From an uncultured Chloroflexia bacterium (GTDB lineage Bacteria > Chloroflexota > Anaerolineae > Promineifilales > Promineifilaceae), in the NCBI GenBank assembly GCA_963701435.1, contig CAVPAL010000010.1, positions 200,100 to 264,099 on the forward strand: DNA of 64,000 nt. The letters are read 5' to 3'. Under the pieces are notes generated by a model, which worked only from the letters and a program-made list of their open reading frames with translations, was not told the origin of the DNA and did no database searches. Made by a program: the position numbers and the translations under genes. Positions 28,656 through 39,535 of the stretch are shown here, in pieces; positions within the stretch are counted from its first letter, which is position 1; each line of letters opens with the position of its first letter.

Positions 28656-29152
28656 CGAATGCGAAGTGCGGAATGCAGAGTGATTGTTCCGCACTCCGCT
28701 TTCCGCATTCTACATTCAGGCAACGGCCGTTTCCTAATCAGCCAAAACCGCATCCATCGTTTCCTGGGATTGATGTGTCGCTGCAACTGCAGCGTGTGCG
28801 GCCGTTCAGAAGTTGCAACTGTTGAGTTTGGAAACAAAAGCGGCAAATAGTTCTGTTTCACCCTGGCTCCAACCGCCAGAGCCATGCATGCCACGCTGAA
28901 GGTATCCGGCCAAATCCTTGGTTAACAAATCTGGGCGATAGGTCAGGGCCAAAGGGGGGCCTGGATAGACACCCGCACGTAATTTGAAAAAACCTAATCC
29001 TATGCGTATGGTCTACGGCCGTTGACCACCATGTAATAGATCAATTCGCAATGTAAATACCACCTTCTGCTGAATTTATGCGGCTCAAGTAGGGACGCCC
29101 GCTGGCGCGTCTCTACAATCGTTATCTTGCCCAACAAATTCAAAACAAATGG

Positions 29153-29521
29153 CTATACTTCCGCCCGAATCCAGGTATTGGCTTCGTCTAACTGATCCGT
29201 ATTAAACAGTTTCACTTCCCCTGGAATGAGGAAACCAAATGCCTTGATAGAACCGCGAATCCATTTTTTATTTGTCACGACCCCGAGCTTTTCAAAATGC
29301 GTGAAATCTTGCATGCCGACTTTGGTATCGTCCCACATCGCTTCCGCTTCATAGCCGTCGTACTCTTTGCCAAGAATGTAAAGCAGGCGCAATTTGTCAT
29401 ACTGTTTGCGCAGCTCTTCAAGGGCGGGCACAAAAATGTTTTCATAATCGTCGCCGCTGATTTTGCCTTTAGCGGTCAGGATAATGATATTGGTATCTGC
29501 TATTTGTTGTAATTCGATCAT
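29153..29521 (-). CDS. SpoIIAA-like/STAS-fold protein (DUF3478-like)
   Basis: MIELQQIADTNIIILTAKGKISGDDYENIFVPALEEL...KLGVVTNKKWIR. The ATG at 29521 has AAGGAAAAA upstream. The region is low-GC. Confidence 0.55.
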   Translation of the reverse strand: MIELQQIADTNIIILTAKGKISGDDYENIFVPALEELRKQYDKLRLLYILGKEYDGYEAEAMWDDTKVGMQDFTHFEKLGVVTNKKWIRGSIKAFGFLIPGEVKLFNTDQLDEANTWIRAEV

Positions 29522-29552
29522 GCTTATTTTTCCTTTTGAATGGTTGGTTAAG

Positions 29553-29628
29553 GTGAAAACGGCCGTTGCCACACAAAACCCTACTTCATTCGTAAAGCTT
29601 CAATTGGCGAGAGTCGTGTACGGCCGTT
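29553..29628. repeat. 76-bp repeat, copy A (bounded by two ACGGCCGT palindromes)
   Basis: Aligns gaplessly with 30393-30468 (63/76 identical by hand count). It lies 32 nt upstream of the start at 29521. Confidence 0.8.
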
Positions 29629-29750
29629 GACCAGCCAGCACCCTATGGTTGTGTAGAATATATTGTTTGCTTGGGTTTGTCCTTGTTTTCTTTTTACACT
29701 GAGGTAATTATGACACAAGGTGGTTTTGTTGAGGGATTTGATGGAAACAG

Positions 29751-30191
29751 CTATTCTAAATTCTCTAAATCAGCCAAATCTTGAAGACGTCCTACCGCTT
29801 TTTTATTTTTCCTTAAGTTCTCCAAATCAATGAATGGAAGTATCACATCATCCATATTTTCTTCGATACGGTGATGGTAACAAGTCGAAAAATCAACTCC
29901 CGCCAATCCTGTAATGAGATCAATACGATTGGGCGGATAACCCAACTGAACGATGATACCCGGTTCAAGGAAATCGTCACTAGTAAGCCCCAATGACGCA
30001 AACCCAAACTGCTCCAATGCTTTTACCATATTAGAGGCATTATCTTCATCAATCCAGAGCCAAATATCAATATCTTTTGTAAATCGGGGGTGCCCATGAA
30101 AAGCAACCGCATAACCTCCGACCACAAGATAACGCACGTTATTATCGTTTAACGATTGTATAAACTCTTTGAAATCCGGGGTCAGTATCAT
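29751..30191 (-). CDS. Nucleotidyltransferase-fold protein (putative TA-type module component)
   Basis: MILTPDFKEFIQSLNDNNVRYLVVGGYAVAFHGHPRFTKDIDIWL. The family assignment is from memory. Confidence 0.5.
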   Translation of the reverse strand: MILTPDFKEFIQSLNDNNVRYLVVGGYAVAFHGHPRFTKDIDIWLWIDEDNASNMVKALEQFGFASLGLTSDDFLEPGIIVQLGYPPNRIDLITGLAGVDFSTCYHHRIEENMDDVILPFIDLENLRKNKKAVGRLQDLADLENLE

Positions 30192-30360
30192 ATTTCCAAG
30201 CAATATATGCGCGTCGAATATCTTCCAGGGCGGTTAAACGTGCAGCATACGACTGTGTTTGCCAGTAAGCAAAATCAGATGATTGTTCATTAAGTCTAAT
30301 TTTCTTGACGGTTTTGACGATTTTTTGCGATTGTTTTGCTTCTTGTATTTCTTCGATCAT
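30142..30360 (-). CDS. Small protein (72 aa) overlapping the nucleotidyltransferase gene by 50 nt
   Basis: ...AYWQTQSYAARLTALEDIRRAY...PGFQRVYTIVKR. TATAAT ends 9 nt before the ATG and there is no SD, so the mRNA may be leaderless. Confidence 0.4.
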   Translation of the reverse strand: MIEEIQEAKQSQKIVKTVKKIRLNEQSSDFAYWQTQSYAARLTALEDIRRAYIAWKYDTDPGFQRVYTIVKR

Positions 30361-30392
30361 GATGGGCTAATTATAGCAGAGAGGGGGTGTTT

Positions 30393-30468
30393 GTGAAAAC
30401 GGCCGTTGCCATTCAAAACCCTACGTCATGTGTTACGTTTCAATTGGTGAGAGTTGCATACGGCCGTT
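30393..30468. repeat. 76-bp repeat, copy B
   Basis: See copy A. It lies 32 nt upstream of the start at 30360, exactly 840 bp from copy A. Confidence 0.8.
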
Positions 30469-30864
30469 TCCCTCCCACACCCCATCAGTTAACAAACAAA
30501 ATTACCCAATCCCAACCCAATTTTTCATATTTTGTAATAAAACCGCTCCCTTTTGCTACAAGTTAAGGTGTGGTTCGAAAAATTGTTAGACAAATATTTT
30601 TACCAGAGAACGCGGATTTCGCGCAGAATTTGTCTGATAGCAGCGCCCACGCCTCCACGCTATTTGCTGGAATTGTAGAATCTGTGGGTAAACGGCCGTT
30701 TAAAACCTTAACCGCCCATGAGGAGCAAAAGTGTTAAAAAGACCTAACCGCTTTTTTATTGTCAAAACGATTTGGCTGTGATAAATTTGTCATACAACCC
30801 TACAACCTTACGACTATACCATTTGAATCGGTGTTCGCAGGTAGATAGTAAAAAGGAAGCAACT

Positions 30865-33384
30865 ATGACGGACAAACAACTTATCCAAACGCTTCATACT
30901 GAAGTAGAAAGTCGCAGAGAAGCAATCATTCAATTTTTGCGTGAAATTTGTGCCATTCCCAGCATGGACAGCCAACTCGGCCCAGTTGGCGAGCGCATCG
31001 CCGCAGAAATGCGCCGGCTTGGTTTTGACGAAGTGCGTTTTGACAAAATGGGCAATATTCTGGGGCGCGTCGGCCATGGCCCCACGGTGATTGTCTACGA
31101 CAGCCACATCGACACCGTGGGCATCGGCGACGCCAACGCCTGGGAGTGGGATCCCTTTGAGGGCAAAGTGGAAGACGGCATTTTTTACGCCCGTGGCGCC
31201 AGCGATGAAAAAGGATCAACGCCCGGCATGGTTTACGGCATCGCGCTCGGCCGCGATCTGGGCCTGATTCCCCCAGACGAATTTACCGTTTACTATTTTG
31301 GCAATATGGAGGAGTGGTGCGATGGCATTGCTCCCAACAGCTTTGTTGAAGTTGATCCCAAAGTGAAACCTGATTTTGTGGTCATCGGCGAACCGACCAA
31401 CCTGGACGTTTATCGCGGGCATAAGGGGCGGCTGGAGCTAAAAATCACCGTCAAGGGCAAAAGCGCGCACGCGGCCGCCAATCAACTGGGCGATAACGCT
31501 ACCTATAGAATGCTGCCGATTATTGAAGGTATCAGTAAAATGGAACCGTATCTGGGGACCCATGAATTTTTGGGCAGCGGCAAGATTACAGTCAGCGATA
31601 TGAAGGTCAGCACAGCATCGATCAATGCTGTGCCGGATGAATGTTCTATTTTCATCGACCGCCGCATGACCTTTGGTGAAACCCGCGAAGATGTCAGAGT
31701 GCAGCTCGAAAGCCTGATCCCCGCCGATAGGAAAGCACATGTCACCATTGAAGAACTTTTCTATGATGAACCCAGCTATACCGGCTTTACCTTTCCGGTT
31801 GACAAATATTTTCCGGCTTGGGCTTTAGACGCAGATCACCCGCTGGTGACCATCGGGCAGGATACACGACGCGCAATTGGCTTGCCCGATACGCCCAGTG
31901 GCAAATGGGGCTTTAGCACCAACGGCACTTACTGGGCCGGCAAGGCGGGCATTCCTTCGATTGGCTTTGGCCCCGGCAACGAGTTAAATGCACATACGAT
32001 TAACGAGCATGTTCCACTGGATGAAGTCGTTAAGGCCACCGAGTTTTATGCGCTTCTGCCCGCGATGCTCAGACAAGAGTGGGGTGAAGTGACTGAAAAT
32101 TATCCCAAACCGATTAAATGGGTGGCAAACGGCCGTCCCCGTACCATCGCAGCCAGCGCAGCGGTGGATAATCTTTTCCCCGCCGGCGTCTTCCAACAAG
32201 TAAGCGATTTCCATCGCCAAATTCCAGGTTATCAGATTAGCCCGCTCAAATCACTGCCCAATCTGGCGTCTATGATCGGCGTCGGCGGTATTTGGGTCAA
32301 AGATGAGGCCAAACGCCTGGACCAGAATTCCTTTAAGGTTATGGGCGGTTTCTTCGCCATTTATCGCTTTATCCGCACAAAATTGGGGCTAAACGACGAT
32401 CAGGAGTTGACCTATGCGCAGTTGATGTCGGATGACGTGCAGGCGCAGATCGGTGACATCACGTTTGCAGCGGCGACCGACGGCAATCATGGGCGCGGTG
32501 TTGCCTGGGCCGCCAGTCAATTAGGCTGCAAATCAATGATTTATGTGCATAAAGATACCTCGCAAGCGCGCATCGACTCCATCAAAGACAAAGGCGCAGA
32601 AGTGCGCGTGGTTGATGGGACCTATGACGATGCTGTCAGGCAGATCACGATTGATGCGCAGAAGAATAACTGGCAAATCATTTCAGATACATCCTGGGAA
32701 GGCTATGCGGATATTCCGGCCTGGGTTATGCAAGGGTATACCACCATGATGGCCGAAGCGCAGATGCAATTGGCCGCGCAGGGCATCCTCAAGCCCACGC
32801 ACATATTTATTCAAGGCGGCGTCGGCGCATTGGCGGCGGCAACGATTGGCTTTTACCGGCAGCGCTTTGGCGCGGATCAGCCGGTGGCCGTGGTCATCGA
32901 ACCCGATGCGGCGGCTTGTTTGCTTGAATCGGCCAAAATTGGCGACGGCAAACCGCATAACCTAGCTGGCGATTTAAAAACGATTATGGCTGGACTGGCG
33001 TGTGGCGAACCCAGCCCGCTGGCCTGGGATGTTTTGTGGGATTGCGCCGATGCGTTTGTGGCTTGCCCTGATTATGTGGCCGCCAAAGGCATGCGCGTTT
33101 ATTCCGTGCCGCTAAAAGGCGATCCCTTCATCATCTCCGGCGAGTCAGGCGCTGTCACGTTGGGGGCGCTGATGTTCATTACAGAGTATCCTGAATTTGC
33201 CCCGCTGAAGGATCATTTGAAACTTGGCCCCAATTCACAAGTGCTTTTGATTAATTCCGAGGGCAATACCGACCCTGATTATTTCCGGCGTGTTGTATGG
33301 GAAGGCAGCGAACCGGTGCCCGACAAATATCGCTGGTCACCGTCATTCCTGGGTGTGACACACTTGAAACCGAACACAAATTAA
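30865..33384 (+). CDS. Fusion protein: YgeY-type M20 deacylase (N) + diaminopropionate ammonia-lyase DpaL/YgeX-type PLP enzyme (C)
   Basis: The N-terminal half parallels E. coli YgeY (HIDTVGIGD..W.WDPFEG, YRGHKGRLEL, FSTNGTYWAGKAGIPSIGFGPG). The C-terminal half parallels YgeX (FHRQIPGYQISPL...VKDEAKRLDQNSFKVMGG, GNHGRGVAWAA). The ATG at 30865 has AAAAGGAAG upstream. Confidence 0.8.
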   Translation: MTDKQLIQTLHTEVESRREAIIQFLREICAIPSMDSQLGPVGERIAAEMRRLGFDEVRFDKMGNILGRVGHGPTVIVYDSHIDTVGIGDANAWEWDPFEGKVEDGIFYARGASDEKGSTPGMVYGIALGRDLGLIPPDEFTVYYFGNMEEWCDGIAPNSFVEVDPKVKPDFVVIGEPTNLDVYRGHKGRLELKITVKGKSAHAAANQLGDNATYRMLPIIEGISKMEPYLGTHEFLGSGKITVSDMKVSTASINAVPDECSIFIDRRMTFGETREDVRVQLESLIPADRKAHVTIEELFYDEPSYTGFTFPVDKYFPAWALDADHPLVTIGQDTRRAIGLPDTPSGKWGFSTNGTYWAGKAGIPSIGFGPGNELNAHTINEHVPLDEVVKATEFYALLPAMLRQEWGEVTENYPKPIKWVANGRPRTIAASAAVDNLFPAGVFQQVSDFHRQIPGYQISPLKSLPNLASMIGVGGIWVKDEAKRLDQNSFKVMGGFFAIYRFIRTKLGLNDDQELTYAQLMSDDVQAQIGDITFAAATDGNHGRGVAWAASQLGCKSMIYVHKDTSQARIDSIKDKGAEVRVVDGTYDDAVRQITIDAQKNNWQIISDTSWEGYADIPAWVMQGYTTMMAEAQMQLAAQGILKPTHIFIQGGVGALAAATIGFYRQRFGADQPVAVVIEPDAAACLLESAKIGDGKPHNLAGDLKTIMAGLACGEPSPLAWDVLWDCADAFVACPDYVAAKGMRVYSVPLKGDPFIISGESGAVTLGALMFITEYPEFAPLKDHLKLGPNSQVLLINSEGNTDPDYFRRVVWEGSEPVPDKYRWSPSFLGVTHLKPNTN

Positions 33385-33392
33385 AAAATAAA

Positions 33393-33432
33393 GGGGGCTT
33401 TCGCTGCCACGCTCGCGGCAGCGAAAGCCCCC
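33393..33432. terminator. 16-bp perfect stem hairpin between convergent genes
   Basis: GGGGGCTTTCGCTGCC-ACGCTCGC-GGCAGCGAAAGCCCCC. An A-run on the + side gives a U-tract for the minus-strand transcript. Confidence 0.7.
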
Positions 33433-33589
33433 AAACTGTGTAAATCGTCCATCTATTCCCTCTTTGTGTGCCGTATTCATCATTTTGTCGAATTTCTTCA
33501 CGCTGCTTGGAGAAACGTACACGGCCGTATCACTTCCGTTATAACATACTGAAGATGAATTTATCCAGGTAACGGCCGTTACACCTCAC

Positions 33590-36322
33590 TCACCTACGCC
33601 TTCCCCACCAAACAAACCCAACCGCCAGCCCCACAACCAGAGCCAAAAGCGCCTTTTTGCGCACGTTGGAAGTGGCTTGTGGCTGCGGGTCTGCCACTGC
33701 ATCCACTACGCCCACCTCATCCAGCAGCGTCACCGTGCCATTGTCGCCATCGACGCGGATAAGCTGGCCGTTTTTGATGCGCTGGGTGGCATTGCCCGTG
33801 CCCATCACCGCCGGAATGCCATACTCGCGCGCCACAATAGAGCCATGGGCTAGCGCACCGCCAATATCTGTGACCAGCCCCTGCGCCTGGGCAAAAAGCG
33901 GCGTCCAGGCGGGCGTCGTGGTGGTGCAAACGAGGATCGTGTCCGGCTTCATCTGGTCGAAATCTTCGGGCGAACGAATCACGCTGGCCGGCGCAGTGAC
34001 CTGACCCGGACTGACAGCATAGCCGTCGAGCGTTGGCCCTGTGCTGACCGTGCGCGGTTTGGGCTCGAACATGGCCATATCGATGGGGCCAAACTTCATA
34101 CGGCCGTCCAGCGGCACCGTCACAGGCGGATCGAGTCGTTTACGAGCGGCTTGCAAGCTGCGCTGTGTTTGTGCGCGTTGGGCTAAATCTGGACGGCCGT
34201 TTCCCTCGGCCCGCGCTGCAATGGCGGCGGACAATTCGGCGGTTTTCAGGTAGAAAACGTCGTCGGGTATGGTGAGAGAACCTGCTGCGGTCAGTCGCTG
34301 CCCTAATTCAAGCGCCAGGCGGCGCAAAGCCGGCCATGCTGCGCCCACGTAGAAGAGAGCGGCTTCGCGGTCGGGAGCGTAACGCTGCGCCCAGCCCAAC
34401 AGCAGCTTGTAAATGGGACGCAGAAGCGGGTTGAGGGATTTTTCGGTACGGGCAGCTAAAACGTCGCGTTCTTGGGCTAATTTTTTTTGTTGGAACCGTA
34501 CGTCACGCTCCGGATGGGCAACGGCCGTTTGTAAACTCAACAATACCGGCAGCGGATTATCAGCCAGGGTAGGCGCAGCAAAATCTAAGTTGTAGATTTG
34601 ATGACCATACAGATCAAGATATTGTTGCAGCGCATCCATCACATCAGGATGCTGCGCCAACAGTTCGAGCAAGCCGGAAGCCGGTGTGTTGATGACCTGT
34701 TCCCGCAGTTCGTTTGCGTTGTTGATCTTTCTGGCGATGGCTTCTAATTGTGCCTGCGCCGCAGCCGTTTTCGATGGGAAACCACGCAGAAACGCGCCAC
34801 TCGTAAGCCGGGAACCTTTAGAGATCGCTTTTAGAAAACGGTCGAACGCCGCATCTGAAGTGCGCGCCAGGCCTAACGGCACGGCCGCTGCAAACCAGTA
34901 AACAGCATCCTCATGAGCCAGTTCGCGTATGCCGCGCAGCAGCTCCTTGTCGCTTGTACTGGTCAGATCAATCTGTTTCCACTGTTCAATAATGGCCAGA
35001 TAAGCAGGTAATGACTCATTTTTCCAGCGCGGCATGAGGTGTTTAATCATTTTCGGCAAAACGGTGATGTATAAACGCAGCGCCAACGGAACCATCTTGG
35101 GACTGAAGTTAAAGCTGGCAATGCTGTAGGCGTAACCATTCACCGTGGCGGCAAAGGGTGGGTCGAGAAATTCCCATACATTAATCTCAATGCCGCTGAG
35201 TTCACTCATAAACAAGGTGAGTGAATCCATTGATTGATCTAAGCCCTCTTCTAAATAGAGTTCATCGAACAGGGGCGAGAGCGGTTCCGGCATATGCTCG
35301 ACGATTTGGCGCCGCATCCAGACGGTTCCCGGTCTTGGCGGCTCCCAGCGCACGTCTTGTAAGGGAGCGGGCGGTAAGCTGGTGATGGGCCGTGCTTGTA
35401 AAATGGCGATTTGAGCGCCCGCTACAGCCCATTCGATGTCCATTGGCATGCCAAAATGCGCCTCAATTTGTGTCCCAACCTGTGCCAGTTCGATGGCTTT
35501 GGCATCGTCGATTACCGCTTGATTTTGTTGTGCTTGCGGCACAGGCTGCGCTTCTGTGCCATTGTCAGTGCGCACCGTCATGATGGTTTTGGCAGTTGTC
35601 TCACGAGAGACGATGTGCCAGTTTGATTTATCCACGATCACCGTATCGGGCGTCACCTGCCCACCGACAATTGCCTCGCCCAAGCCCCAGGCAGCATTGA
35701 TAACGATCTGTTTGCGCTCGCCGTCAACCGGATTCGCTGTAAACAGGATACCGGCAGCATCGGCCGGGATGAGTTGTTGCACAATGACTGCAAGGCTAAC
35801 CGCGGCCGGATCGATGCCTTGATGCAACCGGTAGGCGATAGCGCGCGCCGTCCACAAACTCGCCCAACAATTTTTGACCGCTTCCAAGAGCGCCCTTTCA
35901 TCTTGAATGTTCAGATAGGTATCCTGTTGGCCGGCAAAACTGGCTGTAGGTAAATCCTCGGCTGTGGCTGAAGAACGAACGGCAACGGCCGTTTTCTCTC
36001 CCGGCATCAAATCCGCATACGCTGCTAACAAATCAGCCTGGATATCTTGCGGCATTTCGGCAGCGAGAAAGCGCTTTTTGATGGCAGCGGAGGCTGCCTC
36101 TCCCGACTGCGGATCGCCGGCAGATACTTTAGACGCCAGATCGATAATTTGCTGCTGCAAACCATGTGCTTGCACAAAAGCATCATACGCTTCTGTTGTC
36201 AGGATAAATCCTGGTGGAACGGGGAAACCTGCCGTCGTCATCTCGCCGAGATTGGCCCCTTTGCCTCCGGCGGTAGGAATGTTGTTTCTCCCCAGGTGTG
36301 TGAATGCAAGTGTGTAAGTCAT
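33590..36322 (-). CDS. PEP-utilising enzyme family kinase (PpsA N-terminal ATP-grasp + swivel His domain; rifampin-phosphotransferase-like architecture) with C-terminal TM helix
   Basis: N-terminus [19 protein letters not shown]-terminus [21 protein letters not shown], no TIM-barrel PEP/pyruvate domain, and the tail [19 protein letters not shown]. Confidence 0.8.
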   Translation of the reverse strand: MTYTLAFTHLGRNNIPTAGGKGANLGEMTTAGFPVPPGFILTTEAYDAFVQAHGLQQQIIDLASKVSAGDPQSGEAASAAIKKRFLAAEMPQDIQADLLAAYADLMPGEKTAVAVRSSATAEDLPTASFAGQQDTYLNIQDERALLEAVKNCWASLWTARAIAYRLHQGIDPAAVSLAVIVQQLIPADAAGILFTANPVDGERKQIVINAAWGLGEAIVGGQVTPDTVIVDKSNWHIVSRETTAKTIMTVRTDNGTEAQPVPQAQQNQAVIDDAKAIELAQVGTQIEAHFGMPMDIEWAVAGAQIAILQARPITSLPPAPLQDVRWEPPRPGTVWMRRQIVEHMPEPLSPLFDELYLEEGLDQSMDSLTLFMSELSGIEINVWEFLDPPFAATVNGYAYSIASFNFSPKMVPLALRLYITVLPKMIKHLMPRWKNESLPAYLAIIEQWKQIDLTSTSDKELLRGIRELAHEDAVYWFAAAVPLGLARTSDAAFDRFLKAISKGSRLTSGAFLRGFPSKTAAAQAQLEAIARKINNANELREQVINTPASGLLELLAQHPDVMDALQQYLDLYGHQIYNLDFAAPTLADNPLPVLLSLQTAVAHPERDVRFQQKKLAQERDVLAARTEKSLNPLLRPIYKLLLGWAQRYAPDREAALFYVGAAWPALRRLALELGQRLTAAGSLTIPDDVFYLKTAELSAAIAARAEGNGRPDLAQRAQTQRSLQAARKRLDPPVTVPLDGRMKFGPIDMAMFEPKPRTVSTGPTLDGYAVSPGQVTAPASVIRSPEDFDQMKPDTILVCTTTTPAWTPLFAQAQGLVTDIGGALAHGSIVAREYGIPAVMGTGNATQRIKNGQLIRVDGDNGTVTLLDEVGVVDAVADPQPQATSNVRKKALLALVVGLAVGFVWWGRRR

Positions 36323-37491
36323 GGATAAATCTCCGCCGTTTCCGCCAAACCCTCAATCGTGATGCCCATACGCTGCATGTCCCACAAGAAACGCTGTGGT
36401 TCAACGATATGGGCCTGAAAATGAAGGCCTGGTTTGCGCGCTGTGCCGTCGAGTATTTGCAGCAGGGCGGCGGCGGCGGGAACGGCCGTTAACACATATC
36501 CATCCTCGTGATAGAGCAAAAGCGCCATTGTTTGTCTCTTACCGTCCTTGATGCCGCCGGCTTCTAATTTCAGCGCCGTGCCAAAAGGGGGTTTGGTGAA
36601 AGTCGCCATGCTCCAAAACATCAGGCGCGACAAAGGCCGCAGCGTTTGCTTGGGCGCAATTTTCAGACCCAGCATAAGCAGCGGCGAAACCAGCCAATCA
36701 GTAAACCAGTTTAAACTACCCACCAAAAAACCGGTCGTCTGTAAAGTTGGCATCATGTCCGGCAGGGCGCGCATCTCCTCCAGAAACATCGGAATACAAT
36801 ATTGGCGGCCAAAACCAGGACCGACCGACGCGCCAAAATCCATCTTTTGCGGCTTCATCATCGCCATCAGCCCGGCATGCTGCCAGACGCCGTCGCGGAA
36901 TATCAGCGTCTGAAAATCCATAAACTCCGCCACAAATTCCGCCTTGGTGCTGGGGCTGAGATCGAGACTGTTCCAATCAATTTTGATCACGCTGCCTACC
37001 AGAGCGCTTTGCAGGCTGTCAAAATACGCCCCCGCATAACACACGAGCGCGGCCGGTACCCCCGGATGAAAACCGCCGTCGGTAACAAAACAGCGGCCAG
37101 CTTCAACAATGCGTGGCTTTAAACGGTTTAGCACATCTAACTTATGCTGTGAGAGAATTATATCAAGGTAATCGGCGCCTGCTGCCAGCGCCGCCAGGGC
37201 GACATTTTTGGTATATTCGGCTGTAGAGGAAGCCACGATAACCAAATCCACGCCGCTAAATGCTGCTTGCAGCAAATTCCTTTGCGACGCATCTGCAAAA
37301 ACAGCACGCACGCGATCGCCGGGAAAACGGCCGTTTAACTGTGCGGCAAATTCCTGGGCGCGTTCCAAATTGCGCCCGGCGATGATAAATTGGGTCTGGT
37401 CGGTTTCGCGCAGGAGACATTCTGCTAACGGCCGTCCCGCATTGCCATATCCCCCCAGAATCAGAATTTGCTTGTCCTGCCCGCTCCCCAT
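36319..37491 (-). CDS. Saccharopine dehydrogenase-like NAD(P)-binding protein
   Basis: Rossmann start [19 protein letters not shown]. It overlaps the downstream gene by 4 nt. Confidence 0.7.
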   Translation of the reverse strand: MGSGQDKQILILGGYGNAGRPLAECLLRETDQTQFIIAGRNLERAQEFAAQLNGRFPGDRVRAVFADASQRNLLQAAFSGVDLVIVASSTAEYTKNVALAALAAGADYLDIILSQHKLDVLNRLKPRIVEAGRCFVTDGGFHPGVPAALVCYAGAYFDSLQSALVGSVIKIDWNSLDLSPSTKAEFVAEFMDFQTLIFRDGVWQHAGLMAMMKPQKMDFGASVGPGFGRQYCIPMFLEEMRALPDMMPTLQTTGFLVGSLNWFTDWLVSPLLMLGLKIAPKQTLRPLSRLMFWSMATFTKPPFGTALKLEAGGIKDGKRQTMALLLYHEDGYVLTAVPAAAALLQILDGTARKPGLHFQAHIVEPQRFLWDMQRMGITIEGLAETAEIYP

Positions 37492-37502
37492 TTTATCCTC
37501 CC

Positions 37503-38498
37503 TTACAATTTTGGCCTGACCGCCGCCTGCCTGGCGGCCGACTCATACGCCGCCAGCACAATTTCGAGCGCAAACAATCCATCCTCGCCCGTGACGGCCG
37601 GCGCGCGCTGCGCGCGAATGGCGTCTACAAACTCGTTTACCATTGCCTGGTTGGCGTCTGATCCCCAGTAAAGCCATTGATGCGCCGGCGGTTCCTGCTG
37701 GTATATATTTAGATTTTGCCTGAACGCATCCATCACTGTCAAGCCGCGCGCGCTGATCAACTCCATGGTCAGCCCGCCCCAGGTGGGATAATTAAACGGT
37801 TTGTTCCAACTGCAATCGATGCTCGCAAACAAACCGCCGGCAAATTCAAGCATCACCAGGCCGCCCGTTTCTACAGCGACCGTATCGGCGTGTAAGATGT
37901 GATTGCTCTGGGCATACACAGTGGTGACGTCCCTTCCAAAATACCAGTTTAAAATATCGGCCAGATGCACAATATGGTCCATCAACGCCCCGCCGCCCGC
38001 CAGGTCTTGATCAACAAACCAGGCGCGCTCATGAATTGGCATACGGCCCTGATTGGTGGTGTTCAGACAATAAACCTGGCCCAAATCGCCGGCGTCGAGC
38101 CGCGCCTTGAGCTGGATCAAGGGCGGGCTGAAGCGCATTGGGAAAGCAGTCATCAAGATTACGCCCGCCGCGCGACAGGTCTCAATCATGGCGCGGGCGT
38201 CTGCGCGGTTGGTCGCCAGCGGCTTCTCGCACAAAACATGCGCGCCGGCCTGCGCCGCCATTTCGACCAAAGCGCGATGGCGGCTGTTTTCTGAACAGAC
38301 CAGCACGCCGTCCGGACCGGCGTCGAGCAGCGCCGCATAGCTGGGAAACAAACGGGTCTCATACAGGTCGGCAAAATGGCGTCCGCGCGCCAAATCTTCA
38401 TCGGCGATGCCTATCATCTCGACGCCGGGTATGGCGCGCAGGTTATGGATGTAGGCTTCGGCATGTAGGTGGGCAAAGCTCATAATGCCAATTTTCAT
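37503..38498 (-). CDS. Gfo/Idh/MocA-family oxidoreductase
   Basis: [13 protein letters not shown]... and EKPLA motifs. Confidence 0.85.
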   Translation of the reverse strand: MKIGIMSFAHLHAEAYIHNLRAIPGVEMIGIADEDLARGRHFADLYETRLFPSYAALLDAGPDGVLVCSENSRHRALVEMAAQAGAHVLCEKPLATNRADARAMIETCRAAGVILMTAFPMRFSPPLIQLKARLDAGDLGQVYCLNTTNQGRMPIHERAWFVDQDLAGGGALMDHIVHLADILNWYFGRDVTTVYAQSNHILHADTVAVETGGLVMLEFAGGLFASIDCSWNKPFNYPTWGGLTMELISARGLTVMDAFRQNLNIYQQEPPAHQWLYWGSDANQAMVNEFVDAIRAQRAPAVTGEDGLFALEIVLAAYESAARQAAVRPKL

Positions 38499-39514
38499 GA
38501 TAGCGCCTCCTGTTCCACTTCCGGCAGCAGCGGGAGCGCAATGGGCTGGCCGGTTTGGGCCGACTCAACGGCCGCCAGCGCAATTTGTAAAGCCGCCAAT
38601 CCGTCCGCGCCCGTGATGGGAACGGCCGTTTCCCCCACTAAACTCGCGTAAAAAGCTTTGATCTGGGTCGTATACGGGTCTTCGGCCAGCGGACTGCGCG
38701 GTAGGGGCACGTCGGGAATCTCTTCATCAGTCTGGTGCAGATGCAAGCCAATCGCGGCCGTGCTGCTGGAATCAAACTGAATCAGACCATTCGAGCCGGC
38801 AATCTCAAAGCGCGTACGGAAAAGCGGCGGTGGATATGCCCAGGAACCTTCAATATGCGAAATTGCGCCGCTGCGATGGGTGAGAATCGCCAGACCGTGG
38901 TCAACTTTGGCGTCAGGATGCTGGCTGCTGATTTTTTTGGCGTATACGGTCGTCACATCCCCCGCTGCCCAACGCGCAAAATCCATATCATGGATCATCA
39001 GGTCCAGCATCATGCCGCCCGATTTCTCAAAATCGACAAACCAGTTATCGACCGCTTTCTTGGGCTGAAATGTGCCGCGCGTAAAACGCAAAACGGCCGG
39101 AGCGCCAATCGCGCCGGCGCTGATCTGTGCTTTTGCGCGGGCATATTCGGGGAAAAAGCGCACCACGTGCGCAACAATCAGCTTCACGCCCGCTTTTTGG
39201 CAGGCGGCAATCATGGCCTGCCCTTCTGCCAGGGTGCGCGCCAGCGGTTTTTCACAGACGATATCTTTTCCGGCCGCGGCCGCAGCCAGCACGATTTCAG
39301 CGTGGCGATGGGTTGGCGCGCAAACATCAACCACATCCACTTCCGCCAGCATGCTCTCCAAATCGGGAAACACAACCGTTTTGTACTGCGCCGCGAGAGA
39401 AACGGCCGTTTTCGTATCCTTTGACACAAAACCGGCAATCACTGCGTCAGTCGCCGCCCACGCCGCCGCATGGGCGCTGCCCATAAATCCGGTACCAACA
39501 ATGCCCACACGCAT
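38495..39514 (-). CDS. Gfo/Idh/MocA-family oxidoreductase
   Basis: MRVGIVGTGFMG... and CEKPLA motifs. It overlaps the next gene by 4 nt. Confidence 0.85.
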   Translation of the reverse strand: MRVGIVGTGFMGSAHAAAWAATDAVIAGFVSKDTKTAVSLAAQYKTVVFPDLESMLAEVDVVDVCAPTHRHAEIVLAAAAAGKDIVCEKPLARTLAEGQAMIAACQKAGVKLIVAHVVRFFPEYARAKAQISAGAIGAPAVLRFTRGTFQPKKAVDNWFVDFEKSGGMMLDLMIHDMDFARWAAGDVTTVYAKKISSQHPDAKVDHGLAILTHRSGAISHIEGSWAYPPPLFRTRFEIAGSNGLIQFDSSSTAAIGLHLHQTDEEIPDVPLPRSPLAEDPYTTQIKAFYASLVGETAVPITGADGLAALQIALAAVESAQTGQPIALPLLPEVEQEALS

Positions 39515-39535
39515 AAAACCAATCTCCTTTTTCAG

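Noticed and set aside
28985-30477. The 76-bp repeats as integron attC sites delimiting gene cassettes.
   Set aside because: There is no IntI-type integrase or attI nearby; the only recombinase is 23 kb away. I could not find the GTTRRRY/RYYYAAC core sites, and there are only two clear copies. It is kept as an open observation, not called an integron.
30772-30864. The N-terminal extensions offered by the ORF track (30772 for the fusion enzyme, and similarly 8420, 45939, 57512, 58891, 60869, 63405, 44327).
   Set aside because: In each case an internal ATG with a better-placed Shine-Dalgarno sequence and/or a proper signal peptide or family N-terminus exists. The extensions start at TTG/GTG or add non-homologous residues.
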